A stretch of 64,000 nt of DNA, from positions 83,267 through 147,266 of the forward strand of contig CAYPBQ010000002.1 of the NCBI GenBank assembly GCA_964409035.1. The letters are read 5' to 3'. The translations under genes were made by a program, and so were the position numbers. This stretch comes from an uncultured Candidatus Saccharibacteria bacterium (lineage in GTDB: Bacteria > Patescibacteriota > Minisyncoccia > Phycocordibacterales > UBA12088). This document shows, in pieces, positions 47,264 to 57,445 of this stretch (positions are counted from its first letter, which is position 1; each line of letters opens with the position of its first letter). The notes beneath the pieces are model-generated. The model ran no database searches and had not been told where the DNA came from. It saw only the letters and a program-made list of their open reading frames with translations.

Positions 47264-47454
47264 TATCTGCGCCACGTCCTTTTAGTGGGGACGCAGCGGT
47301 AGGGGAACCAATCTGTGTTTGGTGACGGACACAGTGGGTGTGGGACTTCTATTTTATACGTTGGGGTTCTTGGACCCCCTTCAAATCCAGCATCGCCGGA
47401 TAAAGCACACCCTCCAAGAAGGAGAAGTGCGAAAAAAGCTAGGGCGAATCTCAT
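47263..47454 (-). CDS. Small putative lipoprotein (signal MRFALAFFALLLLGGCA).
   Basis: GGAGGG Shine-Dalgarno site before the second ATG. A lipobox, LLGGC. Confidence 0.4.
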   Translation of the reverse strand: MRFALAFFALLLLGGCALSGDAGFEGGPRTPTYKIEVPHPLCPSPNTDWFPYRCVPTKRTWRR

Positions 47455-47523
47455 CCTGCCCTCCTTCCTCACCAGACTTCACCACCCCTTGCCAAAAAAG
47501 TCAATACGTGCTATAAATGTGTC

Positions 47524-47790
47524 ATGCTGACAAAGCGACAAAAAGAGAATGCAATACGTGAAATAAAGCGCCACGATACCGACACAGGATCGCCGGAGGC
47601 TCAGATCGCGCTTCTCACTAAAACAATAAACGAACTGACCGACCATCTAAAAAAGCATGGGAAGGATCTTCATTCTCGACGAGGTCTTTTGGGTATGGTT
47701 GCCGACAGACGTTCACATCTTCGCTATCTAGAGAAAAAAGACAAAAAGCGCTACAACGCTGTAGTAAAAAAGCTTGATCTTAAAAAGTAG
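47524..47790 (+). CDS. rpsO: 30S ribosomal protein S15.
   Basis: 88 aa. GSPEAQIALLT ... HLKKH..D.HSRRGLL is the S15 signature. Confidence 0.9.
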   Translation: MLTKRQKENAIREIKRHDTDTGSPEAQIALLTKTINELTDHLKKHGKDLHSRRGLLGMVADRRSHLRYLEKKDKKRYNAVVKKLDLKK

Positions 47791-47885
47791 TTAGCTGTGT
47801 CGCTCGACACAACAGTGGTGTGCATTTTGTATAAACGCGTTATAGTTAAGCGAGGGAATTTTTATATTTATATATAGTATTTTTT

Positions 47886-48428
47886 ATGGCTGCAATTAAA
47901 CATGGGGCGCAACGAGTGGGGGTATTTATTGATACGCAAAATTTATATCACAGCGCAAAGCATTTGTATCAAGCAAAGGTTAATTTTGGTTCAGTGTTAA
48001 AAGACGCGCTTGCTGGACGCACGCTAATACGCGCAATCGCATATGTGATAACCACAGAAAGCGGCGAAGAACAAGGCTTTTTTGAAGCACTTGAAAAGGT
48101 TGGTATCGAAACAAAGACTAAGGACCTACAAGTATTCTATGGGGGAGCAAAGAAGGCAGACTGGGATGTCGGACTTGCGGTTGATGCTATTAAAATGGCA
48201 TCTAAGCTAGACACTGTAATCATAGCCTCTGGTGATGGCGATTTCGCGCCACTTGTTGAATATCTTAAAATGAATGAGGGGTGCCAAGTTGAAGCAATAT
48301 CATTTGGCCGCTCAACGTCAGGAGCACTGAGAGAGGCGGTGGATGTATTTACCGACCTAGATGAAAATCCAAAAAACTTCCTAATTGGTTATCGTGGTTC
48401 AAAATTCATACCTCGAACAAAGAAATAG
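47886..48428 (+). CDS. NYN/LabA-like (PIN-fold) domain protein.
   Basis: RVGVFIDTQNLYHS N-terminal block and the acidic residues of LabA/NYN nucleases. Confidence 0.6.
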   Translation: MAAIKHGAQRVGVFIDTQNLYHSAKHLYQAKVNFGSVLKDALAGRTLIRAIAYVITTESGEEQGFFEALEKVGIETKTKDLQVFYGGAKKADWDVGLAVDAIKMASKLDTVIIASGDGDFAPLVEYLKMNEGCQVEAISFGRSTSGALREAVDVFTDLDENPKNFLIGYRGSKFIPRTKK

Positions 48429-48558
48429 CTCTCGCTCATTTTCTCTGTTACACTCGAAGTGTTATAAGCTCGCTTTCCTTTAGAGAGCGAGGTTTGAAGC
48501 TGTTTAGAGAATATCAGTTTCAAGTCTTTACTCTGAAGGAGAGTGATAATAGGACTAT

Positions 48559-50709
48559 ATGGTAAAGAAAACGTATTCTGTGGAACTAGGAGGGAAGACG
48601 CTAACGGCAGAATTTAGTGATCTTGCTGATCAAGCAAATGGTTCAGTTATTTTGCGCTATGGCAAAACAGTTGTACTCGCAACCGCTACCATGGGGGAAG
48701 CAGAGAGACACGAAATCGATTACTTTCCGCTCACTGTTGATTATGAAGAGCGATTTTATGCTGCGGGGCAAATACTTGGATCACGCTTTATGCGCAGAGA
48801 AGGGCGCCCAAGTGAGGAGGCTATTCTCTCAGGAAGAATTGTGGACAGAACAATTCGTCCACTTTTTAATCACCACCTAAGAAATGAGGTGCAGGTAGTG
48901 CTTACGATACTTTCAATTGATGAGGATGATCCAGATGTACTAGGCGTTATTGCTGCGTCACTTGCACTTGGTGTTAGCGATATACCGTGGGGTGGGCCAG
49001 TTAGTGCGGTGCGAATAGGAAAGAAAAAGGGAGGGGAAGTGATTATAAACCCCACCTATATTGAGCGAGCATTTGAAGACTATCATTATGATGTGCTTGC
49101 CTGTGGCAAAGATGGATCAATCAACATGATTGAAATTGCATCAGACGAAGCAAGCGAGCAGGAGATTCTTGAAGCGCTACAAGCAGCCGCGCGCATACAC
49201 AACACCCTAGGAGCGTGGCAACAAGAAATAATTTCAGAAATAGGAAAGCAGAAAAAAACAGTTACTCATCTAGCATATGCTGATGAAATTATCGCTCACT
49301 TTAATGAGCATGCGGCAGCTAAACTCCCAGCTGCACTTATATCTGGTGAACCTGGTAAGGCGGGCATAAAGAAACTGAAAGAAGAGTGGCTTGCAAAGGT
49401 TGCGGTGGACATTCCTGATTTCTCAAAGCGCGCAGGGCATTATTTTGAAGAGAAAGTTGACGAACAACTACACAGCGAAGCTACGGTAAATGGAAGACGT
49501 CCTGATGGAAGAGCAATGGATGAGGTTAGACCACTATTTGCACTTGCAGGAGAAATGTCACCAATGGCACACGGTACTGGCATATTTTATCGTGGTGGAA
49601 CACACGTATTTACCGCACTCACCCTAGGTGGTCCTGGTGATTCACAAATTGTGGATTCTATAGAACACCAAGATGAGAGCAAGCGCTTCATGCATCACTA
49701 CAACTTCCCACCATTCAGCTCTGGAGAAACTGGAAGACTTGGTGGAGTTAACAGAAGAGCGGTAGGGCATGGCGCTCTAGCAGAGAAGGCGCTCCTTCCA
49801 ATGATTCCTAAAAAGGAAGACTTTCCATATACCATTAGGTTGGTATCTGAGTGTATGGCATCTAATGGATCTACCTCAATGGCATCAACATGCGCATCAA
49901 CACTAGCGCTTATGGATGGAGGTGTACCCATTAAACGACCAGTGGCGGGCATTGCCATGGGGCTTATGCTGCACAAAGGTTCTCACAAGGTGCTCACTGA
50001 TATTCAAGGACCGGAAGATCATCATGGAGATATGGATTTTAAGGTGGCAGGAACATCAGAGGGTATAACTGCGGCACAGATGGATGTAAAAGTTGGCGGA
50101 ATACCCCTTACCATTCTTGAAGAGGCATTAGTGGGTGCAAAGAAGGCTCGTCTCCACATACTTGAAACCATGCGTGGTGCAATCAGCGCACCTCGTTCGG
50201 ACATATCGCCACTTGCTCCTAAGATAATCGCGCTTAAGGTGCGAATCGATCAAATTGGTCTTGTTATTGGTCCTGGTGGAAAAACCATAAATGGTATTAA
50301 AGACAGAACAGGTGTTACAGACATCACCATAGAAGATGATGGCTCTGTGTTTATAACAGGAAAGGAGGGTACTGCAGAATTGGCCCGAGATGAAATTGCT
50401 AGCCTCACCCATGTATACACCGCAGGTGAACGATACGAAGGAGAGGTTGTACGCATTATGGATTTTGGAGCATTTGTAAAAATAGGAAAAAATGCCGAAG
50501 GATTGGTACACATTTCTGAAATAGCTCCATTTAGAATCCAAAAAGTTGAAGATGTGCTTTCTGTAGGAGAGGTTGTTCCGGTTATAATACGAGAGATAGA
50601 TGAGAAAGAACGAATTAATCTTTCTATCAAAATGGCTGACCCAGAATTTGCACAGCGTAAAGGTATAAACCCCGACATAAAGGGAACAAGTACCAATGGA
50701 TCCAACTAA
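48559..50709 (+). CDS. pnp: Polyribonucleotide nucleotidyltransferase (PNPase).
   Basis: 716 aa with two RNase PH domains plus KH and S1 domains. Classical rpsO-pnp arrangement. Confidence 0.95.
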   Translation: MVKKTYSVELGGKTLTAEFSDLADQANGSVILRYGKTVVLATATMGEAERHEIDYFPLTVDYEERFYAAGQILGSRFMRREGRPSEEAILSGRIVDRTIRPLFNHHLRNEVQVVLTILSIDEDDPDVLGVIAASLALGVSDIPWGGPVSAVRIGKKKGGEVIINPTYIERAFEDYHYDVLACGKDGSINMIEIASDEASEQEILEALQAAARIHNTLGAWQQEIISEIGKQKKTVTHLAYADEIIAHFNEHAAAKLPAALISGEPGKAGIKKLKEEWLAKVAVDIPDFSKRAGHYFEEKVDEQLHSEATVNGRRPDGRAMDEVRPLFALAGEMSPMAHGTGIFYRGGTHVFTALTLGGPGDSQIVDSIEHQDESKRFMHHYNFPPFSSGETGRLGGVNRRAVGHGALAEKALLPMIPKKEDFPYTIRLVSECMASNGSTSMASTCASTLALMDGGVPIKRPVAGIAMGLMLHKGSHKVLTDIQGPEDHHGDMDFKVAGTSEGITAAQMDVKVGGIPLTILEEALVGAKKARLHILETMRGAISAPRSDISPLAPKIIALKVRIDQIGLVIGPGGKTINGIKDRTGVTDITIEDDGSVFITGKEGTAELARDEIASLTHVYTAGERYEGEVVRIMDFGAFVKIGKNAEGLVHISEIAPFRIQKVEDVLSVGEVVPVIIREIDEKERINLSIKMADPEFAQRKGINPDIKGTSTNGSN

Positions 50710-52318
50710 CGAAACAACAAAAGACAGTCCGACATCGCAAGCTACACCAACCAATAATGATGTAGTACTTGATGATCTGGATGTAAAACTCTCTGAAGTT
50801 GAGCATTCGCTCTCAGAGAGAGATATTTCTGCGCGCACCAGAGCGGAAGAGGAGCTTGCCGCAGAGCTTGCAAATGGAGTAAATCAAGACATCTCACTTG
50901 ATTTACCTGATAATCCAAATGCAACTTGGCCTGTTGCTGCAACTCCTAACAAGGAGATTGTAATCAATGCCACCCCTCCAACCAAGCAAGAGGAGGTAGC
51001 GCAACAACAAAACAAAGAAACTTCTGAACCTTCTTCTGCTGCAACACCATTTGCCTATAGAGGCTCTGTCACACCACTTGAACAAAGAGGTGTTAAGGAA
51101 GTGAGTATCTCAGCCGTTGCCGAGTCTGCTCCAAAACAGAGCGCGCTTGCTAATGCTAAGTCAGCACTCTTAGCTGGAGGTAATGCTGTGCGAGATTTCT
51201 CAGCTAGTAAACCACCCGTGGAAGCACCAGCGTCTATTCGAGCACCACAAACAGCACCTCAGCCGTTACCAACTAGTGTAAATAGTGAGATTTCTACATC
51301 TCCTGTTACACCCACCGCTCCAAAATTAGCGCCTACTATTCCTTCAGTTTCAGAAGCGACACAAGGCAATATTGTGCCTCCGCAGACACCAGAGCAACCA
51401 ACACCACAAGCAACTCAAAGTGACGATTCTGTAAGACCGATTCGCACCTTTAGAGATGATATTGCGCGCGTGCTTCAGAAGAAAAAAACTACCTTGGTAG
51501 ATGCCGTGGTCGCCGAAGAGAATCGTGCAAATCGCACAAAAGAGGTAGAGGCTCCAAAGGAGGCGCCGCGATCGATTGTGTCGTATATAGTTGTATTTTT
51601 AAGTGGCCTACTCATTACTGGCGGACTTAGTGCATATGCTATCTATTACTTTTTTGGGCCAACTGATATAACCAGAATTGATGTTGCTGAAGTGCCGTCA
51701 ATAATATTTGTGGAGGAGCAAAAAGAGTTTGAGTTTTTTGACGACGAGAGCAAGCGCGACATCTTTAGAAGAATTGGCGTAGAAAAAGATTCTGCACTAC
51801 TTAGATTAGGAAATATAGAACAACTCTATTTTACACGCAGTATCTATGACGAAAGTATTGCCTCAACCAAAAAAATGCTTGTTTCGTCAGCAGAATTTAT
51901 TGCTCGAAGTGAATTTCGCATTGATAGCTCCTTCGCAAGAAATCTTTTGCCTGAGATGACCTTTGGCTATCACTCATTTGATGGCACCCAACCATTTATA
52001 GTCTTTAAAACTGAGTTCTATGAAGACGCCTTTGCTGCCATGCTTGATTGGGAACCACGCATGAATGAGGATTTATCACCACTATTTGGAGATATAGTGA
52101 TGGAAACATACCTAGTTGGGTCATCAACAAGAACAAGACCTGCAAATCTTACCTTTGAAGATGTGCTGGTAAAGAATAAAGAAGTGAGAGTGCTACATGA
52201 TGCTAATGGTAAAGAGTTACTCCTCTATGGATTTCCAAATCCTGAAACCCTAATAATCACCACAAATCAATATACATTTACTGAAATAGTCACTCGTTTG
52301 CAGTCAATTAGAATATAG
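50696..52318 (+). CDS. Hypothetical single-pass membrane protein: a Pro/Thr/Ala-rich disordered N-terminal half, a transmembrane helix, and a ~230-aa C-terminal domain.
   Basis: Topology from hydrophobicity only. It overlaps the pnp stop. Confidence 0.4.
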   Translation: MDPTNETTKDSPTSQATPTNNDVVLDDLDVKLSEVEHSLSERDISARTRAEEELAAELANGVNQDISLDLPDNPNATWPVAATPNKEIVINATPPTKQEEVAQQQNKETSEPSSAATPFAYRGSVTPLEQRGVKEVSISAVAESAPKQSALANAKSALLAGGNAVRDFSASKPPVEAPASIRAPQTAPQPLPTSVNSEISTSPVTPTAPKLAPTIPSVSEATQGNIVPPQTPEQPTPQATQSDDSVRPIRTFRDDIARVLQKKKTTLVDAVVAEENRANRTKEVEAPKEAPRSIVSYIVVFLSGLLITGGLSAYAIYYFFGPTDITRIDVAEVPSIIFVEEQKEFEFFDDESKRDIFRRIGVEKDSALLRLGNIEQLYFTRSIYDESIASTKKMLVSSAEFIARSEFRIDSSFARNLLPEMTFGYHSFDGTQPFIVFKTEFYEDAFAAMLDWEPRMNEDLSPLFGDIVMETYLVGSSTRTRPANLTFEDVLVKNKEVRVLHDANGKELLLYGFPNPETLIITTNQYTFTEIVTRLQSIRI

Positions 52319-52359
52319 AGAGTGTTGCGTAGGGTATGTAGAGGAGTTATCATAATGAT

Positions 52360-52758
52360 ATGAATCATCCCGATATAACGCCAGCACAACTGGAATCATT
52401 TAAAAATAGACTGCTCGCAGAAAAAATAGAGGTGGAAGAATCTCTTAAAGAAGTTGGTGTTAGAAACCCACAAAATCCTAGCGATTGGGTAGCGACATCA
52501 GGTGATATGCCTGAAGTAAATGCTGATGCTAACGAGCTAAGCGATAAGTTTGAAGAATATGGTCAAAACCAGGGGTTGGTAAACAATCTTGAAGTACGCC
52601 TCGCAAATATTTCTCGTGCCCTAGAAAAAATAGACAATGGGGGATACGGTATCTGTGAAATATCAAATGCACCAATCGAGATGGATAGACTCGAGGCTAA
52701 TCCTACTGCTCGAACCTGCAAGGAACACATGGAAGAGGGTGACTCGCTTCAAGCGTAA
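52360..52758 (+). CDS. DksA/TraR-family C4-type zinc-finger protein.
   Basis: CEISNAPIEMDRLEANPTARTC is a TraR/DksA-like C4 finger. Coiled-coil N-terminus. Confidence 0.55.
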   Translation: MNHPDITPAQLESFKNRLLAEKIEVEESLKEVGVRNPQNPSDWVATSGDMPEVNADANELSDKFEEYGQNQGLVNNLEVRLANISRALEKIDNGGYGICEISNAPIEMDRLEANPTARTCKEHMEEGDSLQA

Positions 52759-52761
52759 TAT

Positions 52762-54261
52762 ATGGCGGTAGCTCGGGTAACAAGCGCCCAACCCAGCTAT
52801 CCGTACGCAGTGCTTGTAGACGTTGAAACCGACCTTGGAAAGGGGCTTAATTCTTTTTCAATTGTTGGACTTCCTGATAAGGCGGTTGATGAAGCAAAAG
52901 ATAGGGTTTCATCTGGCATCAAAAATTCTGGCTATCCCTCACCAAAAAGTACCAATGTAAAAACAGTGGTTTCTCTTGCTCCTGCTGATTTTAAAAAGGA
53001 GGGTACGCACTACGACCTACCAATTGCTGTGTCATACCTTATAGCAAACGGGGTAATTCCGCCTATTTCTACATCAATTATGTTGATTGGTGAGCTTGCT
53101 CTTGATGGAGGCGTGCGCGGCGTTCGCGGTGTATTAGCTTGTGCAATCGCTGCAAAAAAAGCAGGGTGTGAAGCTATCGTAGTACCGCTTGCAAACGCAG
53201 AAGAAGCCTCGTTGGTTGACGGTGTTTCGGTGTATCCGATAACCACTCTTAAAGAATTGATACTGCACCTTAGAAATGAAGTGCTATTATCTCGCCACAA
53301 CTCATCACACACGCCAAAAGATATAAGTCCACCTCGTATAGACTTTTTTGATATTAGAGGACAAGAAAGCGCAAAGCGAGCACTCGAGATAGCGGCAGCA
53401 GGAAGACACAATATAGTGCTATATGGCCCACCAGGTACTGGTAAATCAATGCTTGCACAAGCCTTTTGCGGTATTTTACCTCCTCTTACCCACGAAGAAG
53501 CGCTTGAGGCAACCATTGTTCACTCTCTTGCGGGAGTATTGCATACAACATATATCAGCGAGCCTCCGATGCGAGCTCCACACCACACAAGCTCACATAT
53601 TGCGCTAGTAGGAGGGGGGAGCACGCCTCGTCCAGGAGAAATAACCCTAGCACACAGGGGAGTATTATTTTTGGATGAGTTTCCTGAATTTGAACGAAGA
53701 ACAATTGACGCCTTGCGTGAACCACTAGAAGGAGGAGAAATAACTATCGCACGAGCTCGAGGCGCGGTTAAGTATCCAGCAAATTTTATTCTTGTTGCGG
53801 CAATGAATCCAACAAGAGGGCATGACGGCGTTCAAAATAATGCTGAAAAGGATCGATTACAAAAGAAGATATCTGGTCCAGTGGTAGACAGAATTGATAT
53901 ATGGATTGAAGTAGGACTCATTACACACAGCACTCTCTCGAGTATTCCTAATGGAGAACGCTCTATTGCTATACAAAACCGAGTTGCTGACGCGAGAAAA
54001 CTGCAGTATCAAAGATTTAACATAAACGGAAAAACTAATTCAGAGATGTCTGTTCGGGATTTAGACACTTTTATAACCATGAACGCAGATGCCAAGGAGG
54101 TGTTAAACCAATCCGCACAGCGCCTTCAGCTCTCACCACGTTCATACCATCGAGTAGTTAAGCTATCTCGAACGATTGCTGACTTATCAAAAAGCGAGAA
54201 CGTAGAGAGTGCGCACGTACTTGAGGCACTTCACTACAGACCAAAGGATTTATTTATCTAA
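52762..54261 (+). CDS. comM: YifB/ComM family Mg-chelatase-like AAA+ ATPase.
   Basis: Lon-like N-terminal domain. Walker A (GPPGTGKSMLA). ChlI-like C-terminus. Confidence 0.85.
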   Translation: MAVARVTSAQPSYPYAVLVDVETDLGKGLNSFSIVGLPDKAVDEAKDRVSSGIKNSGYPSPKSTNVKTVVSLAPADFKKEGTHYDLPIAVSYLIANGVIPPISTSIMLIGELALDGGVRGVRGVLACAIAAKKAGCEAIVVPLANAEEASLVDGVSVYPITTLKELILHLRNEVLLSRHNSSHTPKDISPPRIDFFDIRGQESAKRALEIAAAGRHNIVLYGPPGTGKSMLAQAFCGILPPLTHEEALEATIVHSLAGVLHTTYISEPPMRAPHHTSSHIALVGGGSTPRPGEITLAHRGVLFLDEFPEFERRTIDALREPLEGGEITIARARGAVKYPANFILVAAMNPTRGHDGVQNNAEKDRLQKKISGPVVDRIDIWIEVGLITHSTLSSIPNGERSIAIQNRVADARKLQYQRFNINGKTNSEMSVRDLDTFITMNADAKEVLNQSAQRLQLSPRSYHRVVKLSRTIADLSKSENVESAHVLEALHYRPKDLFI

Positions 54262-55259
54262 AATGGGTTTTTAGCACCGCGAACCTCAAAGTGTAGATGG
54301 GGACCTGTTGATCTGCCGGTGTTACCTACATAACCAATAACCTGTCCTTGAACCACCTGCTGCCCGGCATACACAATATTTCCAGAAAGGTGAGCATAGA
54401 GTGTTTGTGTACCGTTTGGATGTTCTACCACAATGTAATTACCATACCCACCATTCCAACCGCTAGTACGCGAGACGAGCACCTTTCCTCCCGCAGAAGC
54501 TCTCACCGACGCGCCAATTCTCGCGCCAAAGTCAATTCCGTTGTATCCATGAATACCTTGTGTCTTAACTGCTCCTGGTACTGGATGAATGTAGTAACCC
54601 GAATTTGAAGCGGTTTTTGAACCTCTCGATGCATATGCTGGTTTTGGTGCCTCAATCTCTCCTCCAGGAATAGTGAGGGTTTCACCTACGGAAATGGCTT
54701 CTGCTGAGTCGAGGTGGTTATATGAAATAATCTCCTCTTCATTACCTTTAAACTTTTTAGCAATAGAGGCTAGGGTATCGCCCTTTTTGACAGTATATTG
54801 AACACCGTTAATAGGTAGGATCAGTAGCTCTTGCCCAGGCAAAATAGAGCTACCCTTGGAAATATTATTTGCCCACAAAATAGTATTCGGGGAAACATTA
54901 AACATCTGAGCGATTTGCGAGAGGGAGTCTCCATCCTTTACTACATAGAGTGAAATCTCGCCATTTCCTGAAGTATCCTCGATATTGGCCATTGAACCAG
55001 CAGGGCCAGTCTCAGCACGTAGCGCGCTGTCTGAAACTACAATAATATCTCCACCTCCCTTTGAAGGATTTGGATCGACATTATACGCCCCCTTAAGGAG
55101 GGGTACGGTTTGTGAGCTATATGCCTCATAGGCCTCATCGCTAGTCTGCTTTTCTGAGGAAAAGAATGACGTCATCCGAGAAAGCATGCTACCTTCTGCT
55201 GCCATTGGCATACTTATTAGACCAAAGATGGCGATGTAGGTCACGATATATGTCACCAA
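54258..55259 (-). CDS. LysM-domain M23-family peptidoglycan endopeptidase.
   Basis: Two LysM repeats. M23 HxxxD ... HLHFE zinc motif. Confidence 0.8.
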   Translation of the reverse strand: MVTYIVTYIAIFGLISMPMAAEGSMLSRMTSFFSSEKQTSDEAYEAYSSQTVPLLKGAYNVDPNPSKGGGDIIVVSDSALRAETGPAGSMANIEDTSGNGEISLYVVKDGDSLSQIAQMFNVSPNTILWANNISKGSSILPGQELLILPINGVQYTVKKGDTLASIAKKFKGNEEEIISYNHLDSAEAISVGETLTIPGGEIEAPKPAYASRGSKTASNSGYYIHPVPGAVKTQGIHGYNGIDFGARIGASVRASAGGKVLVSRTSGWNGGYGNYIVVEHPNGTQTLYAHLSGNIVYAGQQVVQGQVIGYVGNTGRSTGPHLHFEVRGAKNPF

Positions 55260-55521
55260 AGGGGAGTGTAATACGCTCGTAGCCTTTGGATCTTTGTGAG
55301 TTGTTTTGATAAGCCGTTTTTTAGCCCAATCAGCCGGTATTTTCTGGAAATGGCTCTGTTGAGCCGTGGGTCATTCGGTCGTATGCGTCAGTACCTAAGC
55401 ACTATAGCGGTCTATAAAATGCTGTCAACGACTTTTATACACGAAAAAATAATGAAATATTACTAGACAACTAGTCAAGTTTTGTTGCTTTATTTTATAG
55501 GCGGTATGGTATAGTCCACCC

Positions 55522-57444
55522 ATGACATATTTAGACGAACTAAATACCCACCAACATGAAGCTGCGACTACCATCACGGGTCCACTTCTTGTTATCGCAG
55601 GAGCCGGGGCAGGGAAGACAAAGACCATCACCCATCGAATACTCCATATAATCAACTCTGGGGTTGCCCCAAAGAACATTCTTGCTGTTACCTTTACCAA
55701 TAAGGCAGCAAGTGAGATGCGCGAGCGGGTGCTATCCCTCATGAACAAAGAAGGTATATCTCGTGAGGACGGGTCACCAACAGTAGCAACCTTTCACTCC
55801 TTGTGTGCGACTATTTTAAGAAACGAATCAGAGGCCATCGGTATAAAGAGGCACTTTGTCATATTAGATAGAGCAGATTCAATAAAGGCAATAAAGGAGG
55901 CTATGGAAAAATCAGGCGTATCTGATAAGCAATTTGAACCAAGAACCATACTTGGACATATTTCAAGGCAAAAGGGAGAGGGTAATACCGCAGAGGTGTA
56001 TGAGCGTAATTATGGGTCCGAGCATGTGCCGGGTGTAATCGCTAAGGTGTGGAGAAATTATGAAGTCATACTCCAAAGAGAGCAGGCGCTTGATTTTGAT
56101 GACCTACTCTTAAAAACCAAATTACTATTTAACGAGCGTAAAGACATACTCTCTCGATACTCAGCTGCGTGGCAATATATCCACATTGATGAATACCAAG
56201 ATACCAATAAAGTGCAGTTCAGCATTGCGCGACTGTTGGCAAGCGAGCATGGCAACATATGCGTTGTAGGTGATATTGATCAAAATATTTACTCGTGGCG
56301 GGGTGCGTCTATCGATAACATCTTAGACTTTGAAAAAGAGTTCCCGGGCGCACGGGTAGTTACCCTCGAGCAGAATTACCGATCAACAAAGACAATTGTG
56401 CATGTTTCAAACAAAGTCATAGAAAAAAATCTTCGCCGTAAAAAGAAAGTGGTCTTTACTGAAAACGAGGATGGCGAGCCTATCTCGCTATTTTCTGCAT
56501 TTGATGAGCAAGATGAAGCTAGGTTTATAGCCCACACGTCAAAGAAATTGATCGAGAGTGGTGTATCACCAAGCTCAATAGCAGTTCTTTATAGAGCCAA
56601 CTTTCAGTCACGCGTACTGGAAGAGGCGTATCTCTCTAGCGAGGTGTCGTATCGTGTGTTAGGGGTAAAGTTTTTTGATAGAAAAGAAATTAAAGATGTA
56701 CTCTCATATGTAAGAGCATCACTTAACAGAGATTCTCACTTCGATATATCTCGCACTGCAAATGTGCCGGTAAGAGGTATTGGCAAAGTGACGCTGATTA
56801 AAATGTTGGCTGGTCAAATCGACGACCTTACCCCCGCAACAAGAAAAAAGGTGACGGATTATTACACACTACTTGATGCTATTAAAAATCAAGCCTCAAC
56901 CTCTAAACCATCTGAAACGATTAAATTTGTACTTGACGCAAGCGGCTACCTACAAAGTCTTGAGCATACAAAAAAGGAAGAGGACGTAGAGCGAGCAGAA
57001 AACCTCAAAGAACTGGTAACGTTGGCTCAAAAATACGATGAACTTAGCCCCCTTCAAGGTATCGAAGCGCTGCTTGAATACGCAGCACTTGAAAGCGACC
57101 AGGACAAGCTAGAGCAAAAGGAGAAAGCGGTAACACTGATGACAGTACACGCGGCAAAAGGTCTTGAGTTTGATTATGTATTTATAGCAGGACTCGAGGA
57201 TGGTCTATTTCCACACGAGAGAATGGGAGATGGGAGGGTTGATAATGAAGAGGAGCGCCGACTCTTCTACGTTGCAGTAACAAGAGCTGCTAAAAAAATA
57301 TATCTAACTCACTCAGCAACCCGCACCATATATGGATCAAAGCAGGTAAACTTGCCGTCTGAATTTTTAGCAGATATTGATGAGGAATTCCTTGTTGCAG
57401 AAGAGAGGCCTGATGGCTTTAGTAGGGTAATATACCTAGATTAG
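55522..57444 (+). CDS. pcrA: UvrD/PcrA-type superfamily 1 DNA helicase.
   Basis: Walker A (AGAGAGKT), motifs II through VI, and VHAAKGLEFD. Confidence 0.9.
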   Translation: MTYLDELNTHQHEAATTITGPLLVIAGAGAGKTKTITHRILHIINSGVAPKNILAVTFTNKAASEMRERVLSLMNKEGISREDGSPTVATFHSLCATILRNESEAIGIKRHFVILDRADSIKAIKEAMEKSGVSDKQFEPRTILGHISRQKGEGNTAEVYERNYGSEHVPGVIAKVWRNYEVILQREQALDFDDLLLKTKLLFNERKDILSRYSAAWQYIHIDEYQDTNKVQFSIARLLASEHGNICVVGDIDQNIYSWRGASIDNILDFEKEFPGARVVTLEQNYRSTKTIVHVSNKVIEKNLRRKKKVVFTENEDGEPISLFSAFDEQDEARFIAHTSKKLIESGVSPSSIAVLYRANFQSRVLEEAYLSSEVSYRVLGVKFFDRKEIKDVLSYVRASLNRDSHFDISRTANVPVRGIGKVTLIKMLAGQIDDLTPATRKKVTDYYTLLDAIKNQASTSKPSETIKFVLDASGYLQSLEHTKKEEDVERAENLKELVTLAQKYDELSPLQGIEALLEYAALESDQDKLEQKEKAVTLMTVHAAKGLEFDYVFIAGLEDGLFPHERMGDGRVDNEEERRLFYVAVTRAAKKIYLTHSATRTIYGSKQVNLPSEFLADIDEEFLVAEERPDGFSRVIYLD

Positions 57445-57445
57445 T

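Noticed and set aside
55425-55748. 107-aa minus-strand ORF overlapping the pcrA start.
   Set aside because: It is antisense to the strongly conserved helicase Walker A region and is not protein-like.
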